From Marsupella aquatica (taxonomy: Eukaryota > Plantae > Marchantiophyta), in NCBI GenBank assembly GCA_973895155.1, contig OZ316893.1, positions 9,549,839-9,613,838 on the forward strand: 64,000 bases of DNA, read 5' to 3'. The position numbers and the translations under genes were made by a program. Below, one piece after another: positions 11,501 through 21,810 of this stretch. Numbering within the stretch: the stretch's first letter is position 1; each line of letters begins with the position of its first letter. Under the pieces are notes generated by a model. The model made no database searches. It was not told the DNA's origin and saw nothing but the letters and a program-made list of their open reading frames with translations.

Positions 11501-13951
11501 GATTTTGTCAGATGTTATATTGATGATATTTTGGTTTATTCTTCTACTGTGGAAGAACATCAGAGACACTTGCAGATTGGGTTTGAGAGATTGAGGGAAC
11601 ATGGATTGAAGCTCCATCCCGGCAAGTGTAAGTTCTTTCAAGAGAAGATTGAGTATTTGGGCCACACTACCTACCCAGGAGGATTGGGTGTGCAACAGAC
11701 TAAGGTGGAGGCCATTACACAGATTCCTCGTCCTACTGATGTGAGCAGAGTTCGTGCATTCTTGGGATTGGCGAGCTACTATAGGAGGTATGTTAAAGGA
11801 TTTAGCCAACTTGCTAAACCTTTAACTATACTCACTAAGTTGGATCAGGAGTGGATTTGGGGAGACGACCAGGAGCATGCTTTCCAAGAATTGAAGGAAA
11901 GACTGGCGTCAACACCTATTTTGAGAAGACCCATTTCAGGGCGACCATTTCAGCTTCACACTGATTGGAGTGGAGTAGGACTTGGAGCAGTGTTGACTCA
12001 GAAGGATGACGAGGGGAATGAGTTTGTTGTGGCGTATGCCAGTAGATCCAACAATTCAGTAGAGGCTAAGTATAGCTCTTATGAGGGAGAGTGTTTGGCA
12101 GCAGTGTGGGCTGTGGCACATTTCCGTTGCTATTTGTTTGGTAATTTGTTCACCTTGATCACTGATCATTATCCTCTCAAGTGGTTAATGGAGTCTGATA
12201 AGCTTAGAGGGAAGCTTGCACGATGGGCATTGTTGTTGCAGGAGTATGATTTTTAGGTTGTGCATAGACCTGGAGAAGTGAATTTGGATGCGGATGGGTT
12301 GAGCCGCAATCCATGTACCAGTCAAGAGGATGAGACTGGAGCTCGATGGCATGATGAGACTGATAAGGAGATGGTGCCAGGATGGCATGCATCTGCTGTC
12401 CTTTGTTGGGTGCCAGCATGCAGTGGATCCGTAGACTTTACTTCATTGGATGGAGTAGATGATGCGTCTTCGGATATGGATGTTGGTGATGTAGTTTTTG
12501 GACAGCAAGATATTCACAACGATGTGAGAGTGTTGGAATATTTGCATGGTGGCTCCATTGGTGGCAATGTTGATGCTAAGGAGCGTGATAGGGTTCTACA
12601 ACGAGCCAAGAGATTTCGATGGGAAGGAAACCATCTTTTGAGGGTACTACGTGATGGGAAGGTGTTGGTTGTACCAAAACCGTCACAACGAGTACATTTG
12701 GTGCGACATGCGCACGAAGAGTTAGGGCACTTTGGTGTAAAGCGCACTTATAGCTTGCTGTAGACACAGTGTTGGTGGCGTGGTATGCACACTGATGTCC
12801 AACAATTGATAGCTAAGTGTGTGGTTTGTGATCGAGTGCGAGCATCGTTCAATGCTCCCACTCCCCAGTTGCATCCGCTACCGATCATGGGTTTGGGATA
12901 TCGATGGAGTTTGGACTTTGCTGGTCCATTGCCTCTTACCCAACGTCACAATCGGTATGTTTTGGTTATGGTGGAGCACTTCTCCAAGTGGATTGAACTA
13001 GTGGCATTGCCGGATAAAGCTAGTGGAGGAGTGGCTACCACATTTTTGGATCGAGTACTCAGTCACTTTGGAGCACCAGCTGAGGTGTTGACTGATCAGG
13101 GCACAGAATTCCGTGGAGATTTTGAGGGTTTGTGTGAGCAGACTCTGATTGATCATCGTACTACTTCTCGCGATCATCCTGAGGCAGATGGATTGGCAGA
13201 GAGAGTTGTACAAACTGTGAAGAGAGGATTGCGTAAGTATGGCTTGCAGGTTGGTCATTTGGGAGACTGGGATCTCCAACTACCTTGGTTAGCTATGGGC
13301 TACCATTTTAGTCAACAAGCATCACTTGCATCCTTTTCACCTTATTTCTTGCTCTATGGTAGAGAACCAGATTTGCCAGCGGCTATTCGTCGTGATGTTG
13401 CAACTGTTGTGGATTTGGATGATCCAGATGTTTGGGTCAAGGTTTGTTTAGACAGGGCACGAGTTTTTGAGAGAGTCATGCCCATGGCCTTTAACAGCCT
13501 TGCTATTGCCCAACATCGTGATACTTTGCTGTATGCTACTATTCGTGGAGGAGGTTATCGCACGAGGATTAGAAGATTTCATCCTGGCGATTATGTTTAT
13601 TTGCAACAGACAACACCAACAACGCTTGATGTGACCGCAGGGCGGACAATCTTACGTGTGCGTGAAGTGTTGCCTTCTGGAGTCCTTATATTGCAAGGAC
13701 GTGATGGTATGGTTTGGAAGGATCATGTGCGTAATTGTGCGCCATGTCATCTTCCAAACATTGATGATACTATGGATCCAAGCTTGGCACATGTTCGTGC
13801 TGGCTTGAAGTGTATGTTGTGTGGGTCTGCTCAGGGAGCAGGTACTATGTTGATTTGTGATCGGTGTTCTAGAGGATGGCACATGTCGTGTTTGACACCA
13901 CCCTTGCACATGATTCCTAGTGGATCATGGTTGTGTCCTCAATGTCGGTGA
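8552..13951 (+). pseudogene. pol: Gypsy pol: aspartic protease, C5 DNA methyltransferase, RT, RNase H, integrase, PHD finger; several in-frame stops
   Basis: Protease LLDTGA; RT DYRPIN, LDLRAGYHQ, PFGLKNAP, YIDD; RNase H TDWS..GLGAVL and ITDH; integrase HHCC plus D(SLDF)-D(TDQG)-E(AER); terminal CMLC..CDRCSRGWHMSCL..WLCPQC. All segments are in the same frame. Confidence 0.93.
9722..10650 (+). CDS. C5-cytosine DNA methyltransferase domain (DNMT3/DRM-like) embedded in pol; one TAG at 10199
   Basis: Motifs in canonical order: I LDLFGGIS, IV AGWPCQG, VI ILENV, VIII HRPRLWWTNL, IX ERERVMGF, X RRQVLGQAM. Confidence 0.92.
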
Positions 13952-14111
13952 TGCCGACTAGTTATCATTTGTGTTCTCGTGGAAGATATAGATTGCAGGT
14001 AGGTGATCGATGGGGCTCACTTGCACCCGGCCTCCTGATCTTCACACCTAAAAAGGTGTATATCAACCTTGTAGAACTCATGGCTAGCTAGAGTTAGGGG
14101 ACCTCACTTCC

Positions 14112-14125
14112 AGCTAGGGGGGCGA
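14112..14125 (+). promoter_or_regulatory. Polypurine tract of the Gypsy element
   Basis: agctaggggggcga lies immediately before the TG start of segment B1. Confidence 0.75.
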
Positions 14126-14731
14126 TTGTGGGTTTTGGGCATGTATGGACATGGGTTCCATTTGTAGATCATTCTCTTAGGTTTGTGTCATTAGATTGTG
14201 ACTATGCTTGGATATGTGTGACAAGCGATGTATGTTGTGTAGCGATGTGTATGCGCACGACAGCTGTCACACCATTTAGAGTGGTAGTAAAGTATATCGT
14301 ACTATCTAGGTATAGAGGTTTTGTATGTGTGCTACATGAGCACTATGTTTAGTTTGAGTTGGTGTGAGGGATAGTTATCCCCTTGTGTTGGCTCAAAGGC
14401 CTCATCTTTCAATGTTGAGCCTTTGAGCATGAGCTTGGTGGCTATGGTGTGGCTGACCAAGTTGTGTGTATGTAACGTGGGTTCCTTGAAGCACAAGGTG
14501 CGTTGGGCTTGACATACATGTGTGATCGCGTCGGATGGGATTGTTGTTGGACTAGCACCGATCGTTGTTCGATTTGCACTATTGAAGAAGATTATTGTGG
14601 GGTTTGGGCATGTATGGACATGGGTTCCATTTGTATATCATTCTCTTAGGTTTGTGTCGTTAGATTGTGACTATGCTTGGATATGTGTGACAAGCGATGT
14701 ATGTTGTGTAGCGATGTGTATGCGCACGACA
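14126..14731 (+). repeat. 3' terminal repeats B1-gc-A2-B2
   Basis: B1 14126-14262, spacer GC, A2 14265-14594, B2 14595-14731. B1 and B2 differ at about 3 of 137 positions. Confidence 0.95.
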
Positions 14732-15549
14732 TATATGAGATGATGATTATTGTTTTTTTTCCAAGTATGAAAGTACACACGAATGGAAGGAGAATGTTTT
14801 GGCGCATAAGAAATTTTTGGATTTTTGTATAGCCTATGAGGCTCTAGAAAGAAGAAAATGGGTTAATTTTGCTCCTTTTTTTCTTCTCTGTATTTAATTG
14901 TGCATTTTTTTGTGTTTATTTAATTGTGCCAATGTAAGGAAAAAAGGGAGGAATGGAGTGGCATAGGAGTGAAGAAATAGGAAAAAGAGGGAGAGCAAAA
15001 ATTAAAACATTCTCTTCCCAATAGTAGCAAAGCACCCGGGGGCCATCATCTCTCTTGCACTCCCTCTCACCCTCCCACATCCTTGCTCTTCCCAACAATA
15101 AATTTTTCACAACAAATCAACATCTTCTTTCAAAATAAAATAAAAATGCAAAAGCAAAGTCAATTGTTTTTACATGGGTTGATTATATTTTTTGTTTTAC
15201 ATTTTGTAGAAAATTGGTCCCAAATTTGTTATTCCATCTATACCTCCAACATTCTCTTTGAATTTTTTCTTCAAGAAATGCATCTTTAATGAAGGCTCCC
15301 AACACCTTTACTCCACAAGACATGTCTTGCTTGACATGCCCCCTCATCTCTATTAGTCTCGCTTAAACCCTAATTCTTTCCCTAGTCGGGAGCTGTCACC
15401 TACTTATCAAATGATTTACATGACAAATATGTATTTCCCTTTACTAAAATTGTTTGTTATCATATGACAGGAACGTGGAGGGATGCCATTTGGATTATGT
15501 TGCACATATGATGGGTATGTTTATTTCTGCTCTTGGAAATGTTATTTAA

Positions 15550-17730
15550 TTTTGATCAAGTCTACCGACTAGCCTCTTTGCTTTTGATCAAGTCCCATGG
15601 ACTTCACCACACTCACTCCTGCTCGCCGCTGGTGGAGTGCTATCACCACCCCTCCTCCTTAGAAATTTATTGGGGAAAGCCCCGAGGAAAGCCCAAGGGA
15701 AAGAACACAATCATGACACAGAAAAGATAACACCACACCAAAACTTCAGGATTCAAACCAAATTCATTTCTTTTGGTGAACAATCGTAACACATTGCAAG
15801 GACAACTTGGCTTCCTGCCGTCTGCCCAATTCTTGCCTTAGTGGGACAAGTGCTACGTCCCTATCTCACTATCTGGCTTCATTCCCTCTTCTGGCTATGA
15901 GATAATTTCCCTAAACAAACACTAGACTGAGTTCCCCCTTGCACCTATTGGGGGTTGCCCTTGAATACAAAAAACACACCAAAAGTCGCGGAACTCGACT
16001 ACCTTAACACTTAGCTCCGGCATCGCTGACTCCGACGTCGAGCTCTTTTATGATCCAGGCCCGAATAGGCCATCCGGGGAGGACTTAGCATGGGGAGACT
16101 TGTGGGCAATGAGATGTGGCACTAGCGAGGCAAGGAGCCAAGCTCGGGGCACACACTAAGGACTTGGACTAGCCTATGGCTGGTCGGGTCAAAGGGAAAT
16201 GGGCCGGGCTCAAGGATAGCCGTCCGGACCTCCGGATGGACTTTGAGTTATGAGGGCTTGGGAGTGAGCTCCTCTTGGGCCCAAGGCCAATGGAGTTGAC
16301 GCCATTGGCAACAGACGCTTTGGGTGCAAGTTGTGGCCCAATCCGGGTTGGGCCGGTTGGGGGCCCCGAGCGGCGATCAGACTTGAGGGCCTAGGCATGA
16401 GCACTGGGTCGGCCCGGTCACAACGGGCTAAGGCACTCCGCTTGCGGATGCCTATCAAGAAAGTTATGGGCGTTGCCAGTTGGTGGCGCGCCCATTATGT
16501 GCGATGGGATCCGGGTTGGGGGCCAAATGTTTAGGGACCAAAGCTGGTCCGGGGGTGGCAGGTCTCCAGAAGCATATATGAGGGGAGTGGTGTCTCCCTA
16601 GGGGCTAAGGGCGAGCCGAAGTCGTGAGCCGCGGTGGTCGCGACACTAAGGGAAACCGCCAAACGGAAATGGCGATATCTTCCCAATGCAAAGTCCGTTG
16701 GAGGACTTCTTGGGTGCGTTGGAAAGCTCTTGAGGAGGGCTACGCCCCCTAAGCTCATCTGGGTCTAGGGGTCCCGTGGGTTCTCATGGTTTGCGGGTGT
16801 TAGCTCGCCCGCTTGCCAAATCCTATCGAACAGCAGCCAAGCCGCGGTCAGTCTCCCAAGGGAGCTTGCGTTGGGGAGACAAGGCCAAGTAGGTGTGGAG
16901 GCTGGGTTCCCAGGGTGCTCGGCCCCTAGACCACCAATGGGGCGCACCAGGAGCGGTTGCTAGAGTCGGGGCCGTTCTGGTCTTGGCGTGTTGGGACAAG
17001 CTTGGGACAAGCTTTAGGACAAGGTATGCTAATTGGGCCATGAGCATGTCCTGAGGTCAGGGCGGTCAGTTGGTGATGGATAGGTACGAGGGGGAACCTG
17101 GGCTGCGCCCAAGGAAGGAGTTGTTCTGGACGAACATAGGGCGTGGGTTCTGGTTCCGGCTTATGGCATCGGGATGACCTATCGCTGACCTATTTACCAA
17201 CGTCTGTTGAGCTTGTGTTAGGATGCTAGACATGGCGAGTTCTAGGTCCTGAAGGGTTACTTATCGAGGTGCTTGGTTGCTTGTGCAGATAGGGAGGACC
17301 GTTGAGTAGCGGTTGTGTTAGAGAGCAAGTACGGCTTCGTATGGGAGGGGCCGCTGGCGGTGCAAGGGGCACTAGGTTGCTTGCTCGAGGTATTCCGTGG
17401 AGGCGTTCGGGCACCAAGGGCACTTAGGCGTGAGTGCTAGAATTGGTGAGGGCGCTGGGTGGTAAGGTCCACCACTCCAAAGCACACAAGTCCTACAAGG
17501 GTGAGGCTGCCACTGCCCTCAAAACCTAACTTACATGCGGCACACACATGTGTCACCAACCAATCTTATTCTAAGGGAGACCGATGGTGCCTTTGCCAGT
17601 GCCCACTACCACTATGCTAAATAGGGACTCACTTGAGTCTACCACTTCCTATCCTATCCTATCTACCCTGCCTACCAGCCTCAATCCTCCTGATCGCCAC
17701 CAACCCCCGTAAAATGAGGGGGCCCCTACA
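15550..17730 (-). mobile_element. Possible old solo LTR or non-coding retroelement remnant (GC-rich)
   Basis: GC-rich, non-coding block contrasting with AT-rich flanks. The minus strand starts TGTAGGGGCCCC at 17730 like a plant Gypsy LTR. No TSD or second end was found. Confidence 0.3.
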
Positions 17731-18671
17731 ATTGTTGAAACTAAAATTTTCTCAAAATTCATTTCTGAAAAATATTTGAGGAGCCCTGCTCTTCCGGATC
17801 ACGACTCCGTAAACGACGCACAAAACAGAGGCCAAACAGTCAAGATACGGTCATTTATATTTTTACGGTAATCGGGGCATTGTCTCCCTCCTCTCCATCT
17901 GTACAACACACAATCCGAGCTTTGCAAAAACACGGATCATGGATCCCCGTATCTGCTGCTACTTCCTCCCTTCTCTTGGAAAGTCGGGACCTCCTATAGT
18001 ATAGACGTCTGTACAGCCTCAAAAGTATTCTTCAAAAAACACAATCCATTGTATCTCCTCCATCTTAGCTCCTTAATTTTTGGTCTCCGTTTTCCCATCC
18101 GTTTTGGCCTTGTTTTGGCCTTGTGGGAAGGGAAATGTGGGAGCCCCTTCTACAGAGTGGGGAAGGGACAATGTGGGAGAGCAAAAATATTTGAGGACCA
18201 CAAAAAGGGTGAAAGGGGAAAGGGGAACACAAGCGTGGGAACCCCTTCCTTCTAAGGGCCTTCCCACCGCCACTACTCCACAATTGCCTAATTTTACCAT
18301 TTTATGGGCATTGAGTTTCCTCAAGATGTCATTGTTTGATATAGACCTAAAATCAACTAGGGAATCCCACCTTTGCATGGGGCTCATTGAGGGCTTCAAA
18401 ATGAATCCAAACATGACCATGTTTGGAATAGTACTAGCGCATCAAAGTCTGTTTCAAAATTTAATGTCTACTATATTTTGATCATTATTTTTGTTTTGGG
18501 CCTTACGTGGAGCCTCCGGCCAGCCACCACCCCCCCAAGATGCCCACACCTTGGCCTCCAAGTCCTTGGGCTGCCTTTTGGCCTCCTTGCACCCCCTCAA
18601 TGGCTCCATTGTCATCCATCACCGCCCGACACCCCTCTCAACTCCGGCCTCCGGTTGTCGCATGGGTGCCA

Positions 18672-18960
18672 TGACATCTTTTTTCTTAACAACATCTCGG
18701 GTGACTAGACATCTTTTTTCTTAACAACATCTTGGGCGACGCAACATCTGCTTTCTTAACAACTTCTTGGGCGACATGACATATTTTTTCTTACAAACAT
18801 TTTTTTCTTAACAACATTTTGGGCGACACAATATCTGTTTCTTAATAACATCTTGGGCGACACGACATATTTTTATTGACAACATTTTGAGCAAAATGAT
18901 ATATTTTTTCTTAATGACATTTTGGGCAACACAACATGTTTTTTTTTTGCAACATCTTTT
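18672..18960 (+). repeat. Minisatellite, ~32-bp unit
   Basis: About 8 degenerate copies of gacatctttttttcttaacaacatcttgggcga. Confidence 0.85.
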
Positions 18961-18984
18961 GTGCAATGCACGGGTATTGAGCTA

Positions 18985-21810
18985 GCTCTCACTAAATATT
19001 CAACCTTTTGCAGCCCTGCAATTTTTGTGAGTCAGACCTACCATCTAGATCTAGTTGAGATTTGCATTTTGAACAACAGATGGAGATTTCATGGAAGGGC
19101 AATCAAAAATCCGATGGTCAGCTAGAGGTCCTGCCCTATTCGTCCTCACCCCGCTTTGGAAAGGTTATTTTAAGAATGAGAGCTCCGGGTATCCTGGAGT
19201 CTCTTGTAGTGTGAGTTGTGGTTTAAATCAAGTAGGTACGGCAGCCATGCACGGCAGCCATGCACGGCAGCCATGCAGGAAAGTGAAATTTACTTCACAC
19301 TCCAACAGTCTGCCCGTTGACAAGTTGCTTTGGATACGTTCAAGCTTTGCATGTTTGCCATCAACAAAGCAGCAAGAGAGCAATAATCTTCATGTTTTTG
19401 AACCTATTGAGCTTATTCAAGAGTTGAGGATCTCCTTCGTCATGTTTTTGAACCTATTGAGCTTATTCAAGAGTTGAGGATCTCCTTTGGCAGGAAAGGC
19501 TAGGCTTCTAAGCTACGTTTAATATAAAGAATTGAATGCTGAAGTGGACCAGTAAGCCTAAACAAAAGTCCCCTCCAGAATGGTCTTTTCCTGTGGAGTA
19601 AAAACGAGTTCACCTAACCAAAAGTGTGCGTTCAGCTGTGATATAGCATGTTCCTTCGAAGACATAGCTATTTTAACTTATTGACTATGATTTACATCAA
19701 TAATCTATAGGAATGTGCCCTCAAGCCTCAAGTCATCTAAAGTGAAACTCGCCGGTTCACGATTCAATCTCAGACCGAAAAAGGAAATGCCGACGGGGCA
19801 CAAATTTTTTTAAAGAGGCCATGACGTACACTTATGTTAGAACTAGTTCCCAGACTGGACAAGACGATGTACGCGATGAAGGTCCTCAGCGATGATTGCA
19901 GAGGCCGACGCGAATAAACCAGAATAATATTGGAGTGTCCATTGTCGTAAAGAGTCGAACACCATGGAACTGATTGGATATTCCCCACGACATACAGCAC
20001 AGGCTTGCCTCAGATCCGGATCCTTCAGTATATACTTGACAGAACCCACGAGTCTTGTTCGTTGTCTCTGATATTGCGAGTGTCATTTCCCATGATAGCA
20101 TGTTGGAACAAAAATTGTTCTGTAAGATAGCTTGGGGTGTGCGTTGCTGAAACTGAGTATTCTCTCCATAAAAAATTATGGTACAAATCTGCCTATAAAA
20201 CGACCTACGAGGCAAATGTCTCTAAGCTCGAGTACACTCCCTCGTTCATCTCGACTTGGAAGAGTTGATCTCACTCGAACAATGCAGAGCAGCTCGTAAA
20301 TAATCCCCAACTCACGGTGGGCGCTATCACTTTCTCTTCCAGAACCCCGCTGGAAATCGGAAGTACGACCTGGGAAGTATTGTGTGCCGATAAGATCGTG
20401 CTCAAGGCTCGATCGATACAAGCCCTTCTCAGAGACTTCTATCTCAAAGCACAACGAGCCCGATTCGGACGCAATGGGTGCGAAATCCTTTATCGCCATT
20501 GTCCTCCCACTTGTCAGCATCCTCCTGCTCTCCCCCACCGTGGAGAGCTGCGTCAACTTCCAAGCGTGGTGGCAGGCAGCAAGTGGACCGGACGCCTACA
20601 AATTAAATGCGCAGATCTGGGACGACAGCTCAAATACGGTGTGCTCGGCGAACCAGGTTTATGTCGACTCCAACGGGCCGGATCCCTACTTGATTCTGAC
20701 CTGCAATGCGGGCTACTCAGCCGTCTTCGACACCATAAATTCTTGGGACTTGACATACACTTCTCCGAATGGGGGTCCCTGGGTTGTTAACGCACAGTGG
20801 GACGATCCTAACCAAATCTGGTATTTATGTACGTTTTGTGGGACCTCTTCTGGGTGTTTCGTGCCCGTAATCCCACCCAGCTGCTGCTGAGTCAAGCTCC
20901 GTGAAAGCTGGCCTGTCCGAGGGACAAGGTGGACACAACCTACAAGGGGGACACAACTCTGCTGACTTTTATACTAATTGCAGTCTTTGACGCAATTAGT
21001 CTGCACAGTCAGTCGTGCTCTGAGGTCTTGTACGACACATCAATACGCATCATTCTTGTTTTCCGTTTCCCTTTGAGACTCGCCGTTAGAGTGGCTTTCT
21101 CAAAATATCTACAGTAGTAGACATCAATCACTAGCTCAGGACGTGATTGAGTCTAGTAAGGTAGCGATAGTAAGTAATGTTGATAGCACAAACAAGGGTC
21201 GGGACCAGGCTAGTACTAGGTGACACTTCGGTGTGAGCAATATGGGTGTCTTCACACTTTCCAAGTCAGCAAAAAATGGCACTGTGATCACTCGAATTCA
21301 GATCTATCTACTCCGTAAATCTTACGCTCTGGATACTCTCCTGAATCGAAACAAAGCTCTCAAAGACGAAGGAGCATAGATGACATATGAGCAATGTTGT
21401 TTTATGTTGTGTCAATTGTCTTGTCAGACGATTAAATAAATAACAATTTCAAAAGGTCATTCCTTTGTATGAATGCCAACTCTATCTCAGAGTACTTTGG
21501 TTGTATCACATAATTTGGCTATTCTGTTAGAAGTAGATTATTGTTCAAGCTCTCAGGTTCCGCCTTCTTTCTCTTGTTAAAATGTGATCCTGGATGACCA
21601 CCACACTATTGAAAGGAACACGGACCTGGTAAATATTGTTTTATGGGCTTCCGTAAAAAGTACTGGATTTACGAAGTGCTACTCTGGTGGGGTTGCTCTA
21701 ATTCACTTTGTTTCCAAGTGCTCATGGATCAGTCCATAGCGTTAAAACTCGCATGAACTCGTCCAGCTGTGGAGACTGAAACGGCGAGAACGGAAAGATT
21801 ATCGGCGAAG
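18985..21810 (+). repeat. Segmental duplication unit carrying the secreted-protein gene (copy 1)
   Basis: ~19.0-20.7 kb aligns by eye with 59.1-60.34 kb plus 63.12-64.0 kb. ~19.95-21.8 kb aligns more divergently with 26.6-28.98 kb plus 34.77-34.91 kb. Confidence 0.85.
20474..20890 (+). CDS. Small secreted cysteine/tryptophan-rich protein (138 aa, signal peptide, 8 Cys)
   Basis: Single-exon ORF MGAKSFIAIVLPLVSILLLSPTVES/CVNFQAWW...PPSCC with a hydrophobic N-terminus and V-E-S cleavage site. TATA-like tataaaa near 20194. Conserved in the paralog at 63795. Confidence 0.85.
   Translation: MGAKSFIAIVLPLVSILLLSPTVESCVNFQAWWQAASGPDAYKLNAQIWDDSSNTVCSANQVYVDSNGPDPYLILTCNAGYSAVFDTINSWDLTYTSPNGGPWVVNAQWDDPNQIWYLCTFCGTSSGCFVPVIPPSCC

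Larger units (their letters stand above)
5500..14731 (+). mobile_element. Ty3/Gypsy LTR retrotransposon encoding DNMT and PHD, with permuted (split) LTRs A-internal-B-A-B
   Basis: Termini TGTC...GACA flanked by tata/tata (5496-5499, 14732-14735). Domain order gag-PR-DNMT-RT-RH-IN-PHD. Repeats: A1 5500-5829 = A2 14265-14594, and B1 14126-14262 = B2 14595-14731. Confidence 0.95.

Noticed and set aside
5500-14731. DIRS/Ngaro/PAT classification based on the split direct repeats
   Set aside because: No tyrosine recombinase is present; the element has a DDE integrase, protease, PPT and a TSD, which indicate Gypsy.
14265-14731. Treating A2+B2 as a conventional 3' LTR
   Set aside because: The 5' end has only A, and B1 with the PPT lies upstream of A2; a normal two-LTR model does not fit.
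19238-19490. Short tandem duplications (13 bp x3 and 50 bp x2)
   Set aside because: Single-copy in the paralog at 59.8-60.0 kb; ordinary slippage with no sign of function.
20384-20473. Longer 168-aa start for the secreted protein
   Set aside because: It uses a non-ATG start; the signal peptide begins at ATG 20474, and the paralog has an indel in this upstream region.
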